Source of the DNA: Ruditapes philippinarum
Lineage: Eukaryota
DNA: 64,000 bases
Reading direction: 5' to 3'
Assembly: GCF_026571515.1 (NCBI RefSeq)
Contig: NW_026853814.1
Coordinates: forward strand, 1-64,000
The notes under the pieces are model-generated. The model searched no databases, was not told where the DNA came from, and saw only the letters and a program-made list of their open reading frames with translations. Made by a program: the position numbers and the translations under genes. Below are positions 41,348 to 53,800 of the stretch, in pieces. The first letter of the stretch is position 1, and each line of letters starts with the position of its first letter.

Positions 41348-42729
41348 CTACATGTACTCAACTTTTGCTAAGCACCATATGTTTGAGTGTGAATATGTTT
41401 TGGGATAATTTTATTAACGCCGTGAGAAAGTTATTTAATGTTGATTTAATGTTTTATCAATTCAGCTGAAGAACGAATTTAACCATATAAATGAGTCTTA
41501 CTCTGATTTTGTGCTAGGGAAAAGGATCCCCTTTTTAAAGATTTTAGAACATGCAGCGTATTTTTCAAATTTTTTTTTTTCTTGTTTTCTTGTGAATCGT
41601 GACTATCACTGACAGCTTAACAGCGGCTTCTCAAACACCCTATTAGATTTCTGATCGTTTTAACGGATATGGCTGCCCATTCTTGGACCTATATGGCTCC
41701 AAGGTCCTGGATAGTTATTGGTTGCAGCTGACGAGATGAAGTTCTAACCTGCAGCTGATTCCACATGTGTTCTATTGGATTAAAATCAGGTGAGCGAGCT
41801 GGTCAGTCCATGCGATCAATAGACTTTCTCTCTAGGAAGTCCTGGGCCATCCTGGCGCTATGGGGCGAGCATTATTATCAATTAGAATGAACTGATCGCC
41901 GACTGCACTAGCATACAACCTAACCTGATTGTCTAACATGCCGTCTATGTATCGCTGAACTGCCAATGTGCCTCTACTTAGCACAACCAGGTCGGTTCAT
42001 CCATCCCAGCTGATGCCTTCCCACACCAAAACTGACCCACCTCCGTAGCAGTCATCCTGCAACCGTTCACCTCGTCTTCTCCAGTGTCGATCATGCCTAT
42101 CTGTGAAGTCTAGGCAGAACCTTGACTCATCAGTGAAAAGAACGTGTCTCCAGTGTTGCATGGTCAACCGTGTATGCTCCATGGTCCATTACAAACGGGT
42201 CTGGCGATGTAAACGCGTCATGAGGATACGTATGCAAGGTGTTTTCGATATCAAATTAGCATCATGCTGCCTTCTACGTACCGTCTGCGTGACAAAACGG
42301 ACCCTGAAGCATTAGCAAGGTAATTTCGAAGAGAAGTTGCTGTCGAAAACCTTGCACGACGTGCCTTAACTACCAAAGGCCGATGCTGAGCTGGCGTGTG
42401 GCCCTTTTCCTATCTCCAGCATCCTCCTGGCGGGCGTACCATATAGCCATTATATCTCCCAGACGGTGTGGTGTACACCAATAAGCCGGTAGTCGCAATA
42501 TAGCAAAAGACGTCACATGTGATTGTACACCCGATCAAAAACAGGAAAATATTGGGATGCATGCTTTCCATGTTAGACGATGTGCAACGATTAGTCAACA
42601 CCGATTCATGCCAGGGGACTATCTCAAAGCATTGGCTACATCAGAATTTTCAAAAATTGGAAATAAAATCTGTTTTATACTTGTGATAATATAATATTTA
42701 ACTTATGGTGCTTAGCAAAAGTTGAGTAG
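41348..42729 (-). mobile_element. Tc1-family transposon with both TIRs and a disrupted transposase
   Basis: TIR CTACTCAACTTTTGCTAAGCACCATA at both ends, TA-flanked. Minus-strand WRHVLFTDESRF, GGGSVLVW.GI, DNNARPH and PARSPDFNPIEHMW with stops and frameshifts. Confidence 0.93.
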
Positions 42730-44125
42730 TACATAATCGAAAGCTGAACTGACGGTGCTCTATGACTAAGGACAGGGATCGTTTTATATCTTCTGTAAGA
42801 GAAGGAAACTGGTATGTTGACAAGATAAACAAGATCAACAACACTTGATGATGTTTATTGTTTATCTTGTCAACATAACGTAAAAAACCTTAATGTATAA
42901 GGAGTATGAAACGTGAAATACGACATTAATATACTCTTGCTGCAAATTGATAATAATCTATGTGGTGACATGAAAAAATATACGTTTGATTTTTTCAATG
43001 TCTATTCGAACAAGATCTAACTGTTAACTTGCATTTACATTTTCTGTTAGTGAAAGCATTTGTTACCTTGAAAATTCATAAATCAGCCTAATGAATTGAT
43101 CATACTGTCATAATTTTTATTACTGACTATAATCATAAAATTCTGAAAAAAATATGAACTCCCCCCACCTCCCCCTCCCGTTGGCATAAAAAGCCATTCC
43201 AATGCAATGATTTTTTTATAAATAACACGTTTAGCTACTAATATTGGCTTTACACTTAATGATTCTTGCATTCAGAATTGCATAAGTTACAACGGCGACA
43301 TTTAAAGTCTCTGGAAAATCCCTCCTTGATATCAAAAATCAATTTTGATTGGTTATAACGCAACTCAAAGTACACCAATATCACCATTTATCTAATTTAA
43401 ATGTGTTTCATATCATATCTAGTCAGTTAATTATTTCCAATTGTCCTTCTGACACTTTATTCTTGGGTATACCTCGGTCACATATCGTAAGTAAAACTGA
43501 TTAAATTTCATCTTTTACCTTGGACTTTAAAGTTACAGTTTAGTTTAGTTCACAATTAATATGTTGGACTAAGCAGCGATATTAGGTGTATAGCCAAATC
43601 ATAGTTTCCATTAAGTCAGGTTACACTTTTCATCACAATTTATTGTATGTGATAAAAAATTAAATATGTGCGATGTAAATTCTGAAACAAACAAGATTTT
43701 GACAGAACAAAGTCCTTGGTGTTGTATATTCTTGTTTGGTTGGTTATAAACCATATAGACATTGTAGAGGTCATATGTTCTAAAGGAACACAGGCCTTCT
43801 GTAAGCTAGCTTCTTCTAATGAAGAATTCATAGTTTCTGTCTTCGAACTTATAGAAATTGTAAGACCATTGGCAAAGGAAATCTTGCAGATGTCTCAAAT
43901 AAATAAATCATCAATGTTGAATACATGTACTGCTTAATCAGGTGCTTGTATGAGAGGACATAAGCTCCTTTGATTATAACATACCGGTCTCTGATCATAC
44001 TCGATAATGCAAAGCCTGCTACATATTTATTTTTACCATGTTTCGCTTCCTTTAGAAAGTCCATTTTATTTTTTTCAACATTTAACAAATGGGTCACATG
44101 CAGAACCTCTTACGCATCACACATC

Positions 44126-44131
44126 TTTATT
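44126..44131 (-). promoter_or_regulatory. Candidate AGGF1 polyadenylation signal AATAAA
   Basis: AATAAA on the minus strand about 470 nt after the stop codon; position is the only evidence. Confidence 0.4.
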
Positions 44132-44596
44132 GGTTACATTTAAAACAACAAGAAATTGGCTTCCATATTTATAATTTAAACACATAAAAAGCTAACATAA
44201 TCGTAGTCATAACAAAAACACAATATATTTGCTGTTTATACTGAATATTTTCAGCATTTCCCTGTTACAACTAGTCAAACAGTTTGTTTGTAACTCAACT
44301 TAATTCTGGTTGACTGTTACATCGAAAATGACATTATATGGTAGGTATCCTAATGTTCTTGATGTAATTATGAATCACATTATCAAGCGTTTTGTGGATT
44401 TTCGCAAATGGATTTTCAAAATGTACCATTTAATCAGAGGAAAGTAAGGCTTTGCCACACATTTTTCACCTCCTCAGTTCCACCATTTTGCATGTGCATC
44501 ATTAAGAAAACTCCCCAGAATTCTTTACTTTCTCCATGATGTATGCTTCCTTTTCATATGAACACAAAGCTTAAAGGGAATACAGTATTTAAATTG

Positions 44597-44812
44597 TCAA
44601 GTAAACTCTGTGTCTCCCTTTGTCCATGACTTATTTGTAACCGTTTGTTTTTTTTGCTCACTGTTTCCTTCGATTTGTTTGAACCTTTGTTGCGCTTGTA
44701 GTCTTCTACTTGCTTTTCTCATGTCAACAGTATTAGCATCATCGGCAGTAAAAGCCCCGGCACTAGCTGATCCAAGTCCTGCCTTCTGACTAGCTCTCAA
44801 TGTCACAGAAAT
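44597..44812 (-). CDS. AGGF1: AGGF1 last coding exon (ISVTLRASQKAGLGS...WTKGDTEFT*)
   Basis: ttttag acceptor, G-patch end AGLG, TGA at 44597-44599. Confidence 0.9.
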   Translation of the reverse strand: MSVTLRASQKAGLGSASAGAFTADDANTVDMRKASRRLQAQQRFKQIEGNSEQKKQTVTNKSWTKGDTEFT

Positions 44813-47800
44813 CTAAAACAACCAAACAGAAAGACATACTAGAATTATATGAAATTTTCATTTTTATAAATTTCTAAGTTACTTATTTTTTATACAAATG
44901 CCTACAGGGCCTAAAAACTTTTTGGATTGGGCTATACGTGGCATCAACACTGTAAAGGTCATATGACGACTTTCCAACTTTACTAGTGAAGTAGAACCAC
45001 TAATGTTCCATAAGCTTGCTGGGTATCTTCGTCACATAAAAGGATCCAAATTCACTGGCGGGATTCGAACCCGCAGCTTCTCTGATTCGACGTCAACGAT
45101 GTAACCACTCGGCCAGGGATGCACCTATTTACAATATCCCTATTACGGAATATAAAAGGGAATATTCAATAAAGCCAACCACTACTTCCCCTTCAATCCC
45201 AAACAAAAGCTGATGTAAACACAAATTAAATGTATATATGATTGGGGTAAAAACTGTTTCCTTTCAAAACATTCAATTTTAGTATGCATAGAAGTGACAC
45301 TTCTGCAATCCAGTTATTATCTTCTTTTTTTATTTACCTAGGTCATTTGGAATAATACCTATCAAAGTGCAAACAAATCTTCTTCAAACTATAGACAGCC
45401 TTATGTAGCTTTATCCTTTAAGTGATTTGGTACAAAAGCACTTGATTTGTGTATTTATAAATTCAATCACATACAGAAGCATGCTGGGATAGGGATAGAT
45501 AGAGAGGAGTGTCTGGTTTTAAATTTTGATTACTGAATCTATTTTCTCAATGAACGCATTACCATTTAAATTCTATGCCCTTATGAAATTCTGCTAATGA
45601 CACAAGTAATAGATTGAATAAGCTCTCATAATAAAAATAGATGCAAAATTTAGACGAAAAAACAAAAAGTGAAAAGATGGGGAAAAGTCTTGTTGTCACC
45701 TCCATAAGGCATGGGAACCCTGCAAGGACGTAACAAGCTTTCAATCAAACATTTTGTTATGTAATATGCGTTTGGAAAAGAAAGCAATGCAGTTTATAAA
45801 GTAATAAATTATTTTGATTTTCAAAATTTTTAATACTAACATATTTTATGCACCTAGTTTATCAAATCATTAATTTTGCCATCTAAAACTTTTATCACCT
45901 TAGACTTTTGATAATATTTGTTTTCAAATTACACTATGTCATAAAAATTGAATGTCATTGCATTCTTCATTGCATTTTTTCTTGTTGCTGCTTTCAATTT
46001 ACAAAAAAAAATAAGCATTGATAATAATGTCATTATTTGTATAACATATTCTACATTCTACTGCCTTGGACAGATATTTATATAGTTCTTGAAGATATAA
46101 ATATATTTATCTTAAGTTTAATTGTTTCAACCTTTATTTTACTGATCTTAGGGTTAAGCACTTTAAAATCAATAAATTAACATTAACAGCTGATTATTGA
46201 AAGATTGTGTGAATGACATAAATCTTATTTCATGTTCTGGTCAGAAAACTACCAATGATTAACCAAACATGCCCTGTCAACAAAACCAACATGCCCTGTC
46301 AACAGAACTAACATGCCCTTTAGACAGCTTAACTCAATTACATACAACACTGTTTCTGTTTTGAGCACTTAAAAGGTCATTTTTACATAATAACATTTAG
46401 CATACATTTCAGAACCAGGAAAGGGAACAGTGACATTCTATAATCACTATTTGTGTCCAACAACACTGGCAACAGCATTTAGATAAATCTATTAAACTGT
46501 CAGAATCAGATATTCAACAGCTATATAAATTTTGTATTTTAAAATAAAAATCTGGCCCAGTGTATGAAAAGGAATCATTCATAAAATGCATAAATTTCAT
46601 GGAATAAGCCAATTTTATTGTGATGTAAATAATAAATGGAATTTAAACATTCTTGTGCATAGCTTATTGCACAAAACATAATAAACTTCGGCTATCTGAC
46701 CGTGTTTTGGAGGCTGTCTTTCTTTTAAGAAAAGAAGGGATCATAAGTAGTGAAAATTAATTTCATTTAGAGAGATGGGCTTGATGTAGTTAGCCATTTA
46801 ACATTTGACCCTTAATGTCTCAAACAAACTATTTTGTTTTTCATTTCAAAGATAGTGGACAATTAAACTACAGCAGCGTTGCATCATTATTAGCTTAAAT
46901 AATATCCATCATAATGTGTGTACCGTATTGCAAAATATGTAACATTTTCATAAATAAAGTAAACACTCTGATGTAGATCCTATATTGCACTGTAAACAAC
47001 AAATTGATAAACGGAACATTGTTTTTCACTTCCTAAGTTTATAATGTTTGTCTTAATGACATGTCATGATTGAGTGAAACAATGCTGAAATATTTACAAT
47101 AACATACTCTGTTTGTTTTAATATCACACAAAACCTGGTTTACTTCATTATTTTTACAGGTGTTTAACATTAAGGTATTTTTCCATCTTTTAACAATTTC
47201 AGTGAATATCTACTCCAGTTGAAAATAATCAAAGAAGCACTGGTTGACTGAATGTAATTGTCTGTTTTTCTGGATCTTAATGTAACACAGTCATGTTTTT
47301 GGTCTTATCTCAGTGGTCAATCCATCTAACAGGCTTTCCTGGATAACTAACCAGTCATTACCAATTTCTGGCCAAGTTACCAGCTATTTATCCCACATGA
47401 ATTCTCAATCAGCAGTGAGAGACAAATGACCATTATATTCAATGTCCCAGATTATCTGTCATGGAGAAATTATGCCTCGCCCTCAGGTTCAAACCAGGCA
47501 CCTATGGATTACTTATCTCATGCTCTCCCTCTAGAGCTAAGTGGGTGTATGGTACAGCAAATTAGACTGTACAGAATCCTAGATTATCATACTTCAAAGT
47601 AAAGAAACATTACGATTCTTTATGATCGCATAATCATACAGCTTAGCTATCTAGTATTTCATAAAAAAGATAATCTAATATTGAACAATGCTGAGCAAAA
47701 TATTATGCACTGCACTTCTCCTAGTCATCATCTATCAAAATGTTCAGTTTCAAGTTAATTCAGGAAAAAAATCAAGGGAAATGCAGAAAGGGGCATAATA

Positions 47801-50800
47801 AAAAAGAATGGGACTTAACAGAGTTAAAAGAGTTAAAGTTCTTCAACACTGCTTTTCTTCTAGTCAGCATGAATCTATACAAGTGTAATAAATGTCAGTG
47901 CTCTTGTTTAGAAAAATTTGGAGCTAATATTCCAAGCTCCTTCTTTATCACCTTATAGGAAAAAAACTACATACATGAAAAGTAAAAGCTTACAATCATT
48001 TTTTTTGTACACTTTACAAATATATTTATAAATTTGAATAGTTTTTATATTTTGAAAAAAGTTGATACAAATCTAGAGGTGTGGAACTTTAAGTAAATAG
48101 AATTATTCAGTAAATGAAAACTTACTGGCTCTTGAATACCCTTATTATTCTTCCCAAGAGAATCACCTTCCTTCCAGCCCATCTTTTGTAACATTTTATG
48201 ACCCACATTGCCTGTTGATATCGGTCTGAAACGATAATAAAGTACAATATTATACCTTAAATTAACCTACCTTCCTTATACATGTACATATATTATTGAA
48301 GTTTCGCAAAAATATTCAAACTTTTAAATAGAACGATATTTTCAGGTGTCAGTAGCGGTCTGATAAAAAAGTACAATAACTGCCTGAGTGGGCACTATTT
48401 ACCTTTTTATCAAATAGTGAAATTCTAGAGCTGTATAAAGGCATAGAGGATTATACCAGAAATACATAATACAAGATGACTGAAAAAAATTTCCATTATA
48501 TATAACATGAAAATGTGATGGTTAAGCAATATAACCTTGTTCCTCCTTAGAAACAGTGTGCAGTATGATCAAACCTTTTAAGATCATAGAAACATCCTAG
48601 TTGGCTAAAAAAGTGAACAGACAGAAAATTAGAATGGATGTCGAGCATGGACAATGTCTTATACACTCAACAATTTAATAAGGATATACTGGATCCTGAA
48701 GAGATCCCATGGTACGAATACGAAGCATTGATTGGGTACAAAAGATGAGGTATAACAATGTATAATTTACCTATGTACAGAGGCAGGTGCCTCTTGTTTC
48801 TGACCTGGTACATCACTACCTACAATTTTCCTTCTCTCTTCAGCTTTGTCCGTGTAGTTAGGATTATTGAACACTTCTACATTGTTCTCATATGCCGAGT
48901 TCTAAAATTAATGATCATGCCCATTGTCAACAACAACAACAGAATTAAGCAAACTTTCATGGGCAGACAACTTAGTTGGACTGTGACCCCTAAGTTTTAA
49001 TTTCATCAATATTTGTTTCAATTATGATTATCTTAAATCATGCAAAGTTTGAGAAAATTCTCTGTGCTCTTGCCTTTGTTAAAAAATGCACTACTCCTGG
49101 AAATTTCTTTTTTAATTCAATCAAACAATTAATTATCAAATAAACTATGATAATGATTCAGATATGAAATTTCATCCCTATTATCTTTCCTGTTACAATG
49201 ATGTATCCATACCTTTAGACCATATCTTTTCTTGATTTGGTTTAATTCTTGCTTCTTTTGGCGTAGTCTTTCCTCCTTGGACAAAACTTTGATTTCTGAA
49301 TTAAAATGAAATAAATATTTTAAAAGTATTAATCAACTTATTACTTAAATTAAATAACTAAAATTATTCAAAGACAATGGGAAAGAGTTAAAATACACTA
49401 TGAAAAGGACAGACCTTGCCCCTTGTTTGAATCGTGACAGGGACTTTGGATTCTTTTAGGTCAGTAAGCTATCCAGCTAGCTTAAGGAATATTGTAGGTT
49501 CTATTCAGAAGCCTACCTGTCCCTGTAATAATGCAAAGTTTTTTCTCCACCAGATCAGATGTAAAGGCGCAATATGACCTTAAAAAGTTTCCGTGTGCCT
49601 ACAATTTTTTTTCATTTAGTTGATTAAGTTTAATAAGGTAAAATCGAAAATAAAAGTACCATTCTGTGGCTGCTTGCTTTATGCTTGCAATAACGTACAT
49701 GGTTCAACTGGACATGTTTTACAGAAGTAGTACTAGAATATTGGTAGGCTTAACATGTATCTGACTTAAAACAAATCTTCACTCAGATCTGTTAAAGGCG
49801 TTAATCAATAATTAAAAATTTGCTGTTAGAATGCTATTTTAATATAGTAGAACGTCATTCCTATAAATCTGATGTTTTCTATATCAACAAACTTTATGTG
49901 AGATTTATAGATAAGAACTTACTGTTTGGTAGACTATATCTATCAGGGTAATTTTAACATTGTAAAAGGCCTGCCAATTTCCATTAAAGTATCACGGAGA
50001 TAATATCCTGAGAGACGCGAGGGTGACTTATTTATGACATAATACAGCTATGCACAATTATTGTCTATAATCAGAAAATTTACCGATATTACGAATATTC
50101 ATTCTAAACTTTATTGGAAGAATTTATAGTATAAATCTTACATTTCTGGACGACAATATTAGCCCCAAGACACAAAAACGTTTACTGAAGCTAATATTCT
50201 GTATGTACTGACAGCGTGTTTGATTCTTTTTATTGCATATGTAAACCACATCTGTTTTCAGAAGGAATACGACATACTATAAACGGTACCAAAAAGCAAT
50301 CTTAGGACAAAAAAACAGCAAAGAATGGCAAATGTGTCATATTGAACATTCAATGACAACCGGCATCTGAGAACGTTTCTAAATGTACAAAATTTCATAT
50401 TAAATATTGATTTCTGCTTGAGCCAGTGATAGGGGGCATGAACAGTCACTTGGACCCATTAAAAGGCACAATCAAACCAAGCTTAAAACATTTCCAATTT
50501 GTTGTTTTGGACGTTCTGGAGGGATACTGTTTTCTTTTTTAGAGGCAACAAAATTAAACTACAAAACCACAATATAAAAGACTTTTTATTACAACTTACA
50601 GGTGATAATCTTTGATCATTGAGAAAAGTTCCATTCTGACTAGCGTGATCATATATCTCATATTGACTAGCACCTTCATTGTACTGAATCTCAGCATGTA
50701 CCTGAAATAACAGTATACCTTATATATACAGGATATTGAATGAGTGTAAGTTCAATACTGAATTTAATATTTTATTCAACAAGTTCAATAAATTCAGTAA

Positions 50801-53800
50801 TGAACCTATACGAATATAATACTCTATTTATCACATACCCAAAATAAAGACTGTTTTAAGTGAAAAAGAATCATTTTCTCATTGTCATGCCTATAGTGTA
50901 ATACTTATAATTAGCACGTTTTTATACTCTGTTTGTATAAGGGCCATGTAATACCATTTCCAAGGGTCGCAAAAGCGTAATGTGATAAATAGATATATCT
51001 TCCATATCAAGCTAAGCAACAACTGATTTCTTCCAAACCTGATGTTAAGTATTTACATCTATTAAGAACAAATAAATAATAAAGGGTGTAGTTGATACTT
51101 ATATCAGTTAAACACAACTGTCAACTGCAAATATTTAACTACTTTTCAAATAAGGAAATATAGATACAATATATCATTTTTTTATATATTACAAAAAAGA
51201 AAATTTTAAGATGTTGGACTGTCCTGAATTCTGAAATATTCCTTGAAAACTTTCATCCAAGCAGAACTGATCAATGTCTTAATCTTTTGGCCAAAGTAAA
51301 ATCTTTACCTTGCTAACATTAAGGTCTGGTATACAAATATCACAGTTTTCTCTGCCAAGTTTTGCTCCAGTACATGTTACAATGTGCAATGTTCCTACAG
51401 GGAGATAATCCGACTCCAAGACCATCATTCTTATACAAGGGGGATAACTTCCTGCCACCTCTGAAAAAATATATATTTATTTATTTCTACATTTATTTAT
51501 GACAACTTTTTGAATAGCCTTGTTCTGTTACTAGCTAAAACTAGCTAAAGCATGCACATACATAACCAGTGGTAGAGTGGTTAATGCATCAGACTAGTAA
51601 TCTAACGATTGATGGCTGACTGGGTTCAAACCCTGTCAGTTGGAAGCTATTGTTTCATGGAGCAGGTAATTTTACAATCGATGGTTCCATGGAAAAATTA
51701 CAAAATGAGACTTGGCTTTCTACAATAACTAAAATCAATTCTAAATAAACTAAAACATATGAAAGTCAAAAATCAGCAAAAGTTGTCTTCTCTTGTGTTT
51801 CTACAGGTATATCTAGCTACATATGATAATTTTGATTTTTACAAAATAATCTTATAAAAGAAAATAACTAGAGGATGCTTTTGTAAAAAAGCGCATGTCT
51901 CCCCCACTGCACTGTGACCTTGACCTTTGACCCCAAAAACAATAGGGATCATCTGCTCTATAAGACCAATCATCCTATGAAGTTTGAGGGCTGTAGGTCA
52001 AAAGGAACTCTAGTTATCATCCGGAAACGAGAAATTGACCAACGGTCACTGTGACCTTGACCTTGACCTTTGACCCCAAAAACAATAGGGATCATCTGCT
52101 CTATAAGACCAATCATCCTATGAAGTTTGAGGGCTGTAGGTCAAAAGGAACTCTAGTTATCATCCGGAAACCGAGAAATTGACCAACGGTCACTGTGACC
52201 TTGACCTTTGAACTACTGACCCCAAAAACAATAGGGATCATCTGCTCAATAAAGCCCAATCATCCTATGAAGTTTGAGGTCTGTAGGTCTAAAGGAACTT
52301 TAGTTATCATCCGGAAACGAGAAATTGACCAACGGTCAGTGTGACCTTGACCTTTTGACCTACTGACCCCAAAAACAATAGGATCATCAGCTCTATAAGA
52401 CCAATCATCCTATGAAGTTTGAGGGCTGTAGGTCAAAAGGAACTCTAGTTATCATCCGGAAACGAGAAATTGACCAACGGTCACTGTGACCTTGACCTTT
52501 GACCTACTGACCCCAAAAAACAATAGGGATCATCTGCTCTATAAGACCAATCATCCTATGAAGTTTGAGGGCTTTAGGTCAAAAGGAACTCTAGTTATCA
52601 TCCGGAAACGAGAAATTGACCAACGGTCACTGTGACCTTGACCTTTGACCTACTGACCCCAAAAACAATAGGGATCATCAGCTCTATAAGACCAATCATC
52701 CTATGAAGTTTGAGGGCTGTAGGTCAAAAGGAACTCTAGTTATCGTCCGGAAACGAAGAATGGACGGACGGACTGACGGACTGACGGACGGACGGACGGA
52801 CGGACGGACTGACGGACAGGGCAAAAACAATATGTCTCCCCCCGAGGTGGGGGAGACATAATAAATGCAATATGGAAACTTTCCAGTTTTGTTTATGGAT
52901 ATATCTGGTGGTACATTATTTCAAGCTTGAACAATTGCTTGTTCTTGGTATTCAAAACTTCATAACAAAATTAATAAAGTTGTTTAAAATATGAAATTAT
53001 TTACAATTTAATCAACTAGTGCTATTGTTATTTACAATACATATGAAACTTACCTCTTTCAATTGAGTCATTTTTTTAAACTTGAAATATTTTCTCCTCT
53101 TTTTAGATATTTTTTTTAATTTATGGGATAAAAAAGTGAATATAATAAATACATATCTACAGTACAGCAGTCAAACCTTGTTCTTCTTCATAGCTTTCAT
53201 TCCCATCCATATCTTCATACATATCTTCATCAGTATCACTGTAGTAAGAACTGTAACTCTCACTTGACTGTTCAATATCTGAGTCAGTAAGCTCCCCTGA
53301 TTCAGCTTCATTCTCACTACCATCACTATGACTACGATAACTTCTACTACTTTCACTACGCCTTTCTCTATGATGATGCCTCCTTTCAGATTTCTTTTCA
53401 TGTGACTTTCTTGAATTACTTTCCATACTGTTTAACTGATGGTCATCCTTGAAATTATTGATTACTGCAGTATCTTTTAAATTATCAGATTCGTTTGCAT
53501 CATTCATATTATCATCATCAACATGTTCTTCACCATCTATCTCAATAACCTCATCTGCATCATCTATAACAATAAACTCATTTTCAGAGTCAAGATCAAA
53601 CTCTTCAGCACTATTTGTTGTAAGATCCTCATCACCGTCATCAACTTCATCCTTACCGGATAACTTACTGTCTTTTGATTGTAAAGTCTTGGACTTTGTC
53701 ATTTTGGCAGATGGCTCTGTATGTTTTTTCCTTTCATTTCTTTTCTTAACTTTTGTTCTCTCACCATGATCATTTTCTCTCACCTTAACATCATTTTCAT

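Noticed and set aside
43640-44097. Cluster of short ORFs downstream of AGGF1
   Set aside because: No recognisable domain and no consistent splice structure linking them.
49660-49760. KTCPVEPC segment as the missing AGGF1 CEPG exon
   Set aside because: It has stops and frameshifts, no HIH or HGD motif, and no valid phase 0-to-1 boundaries; the similarity is probably chance.
53054-53080. 27-nt exon-like piece with a strong GAG|gtaagt donor after exon B
   Set aside because: It has a weak AAG acceptor and an immediate TAA in the required phase. It could be a poison exon but there is no support.
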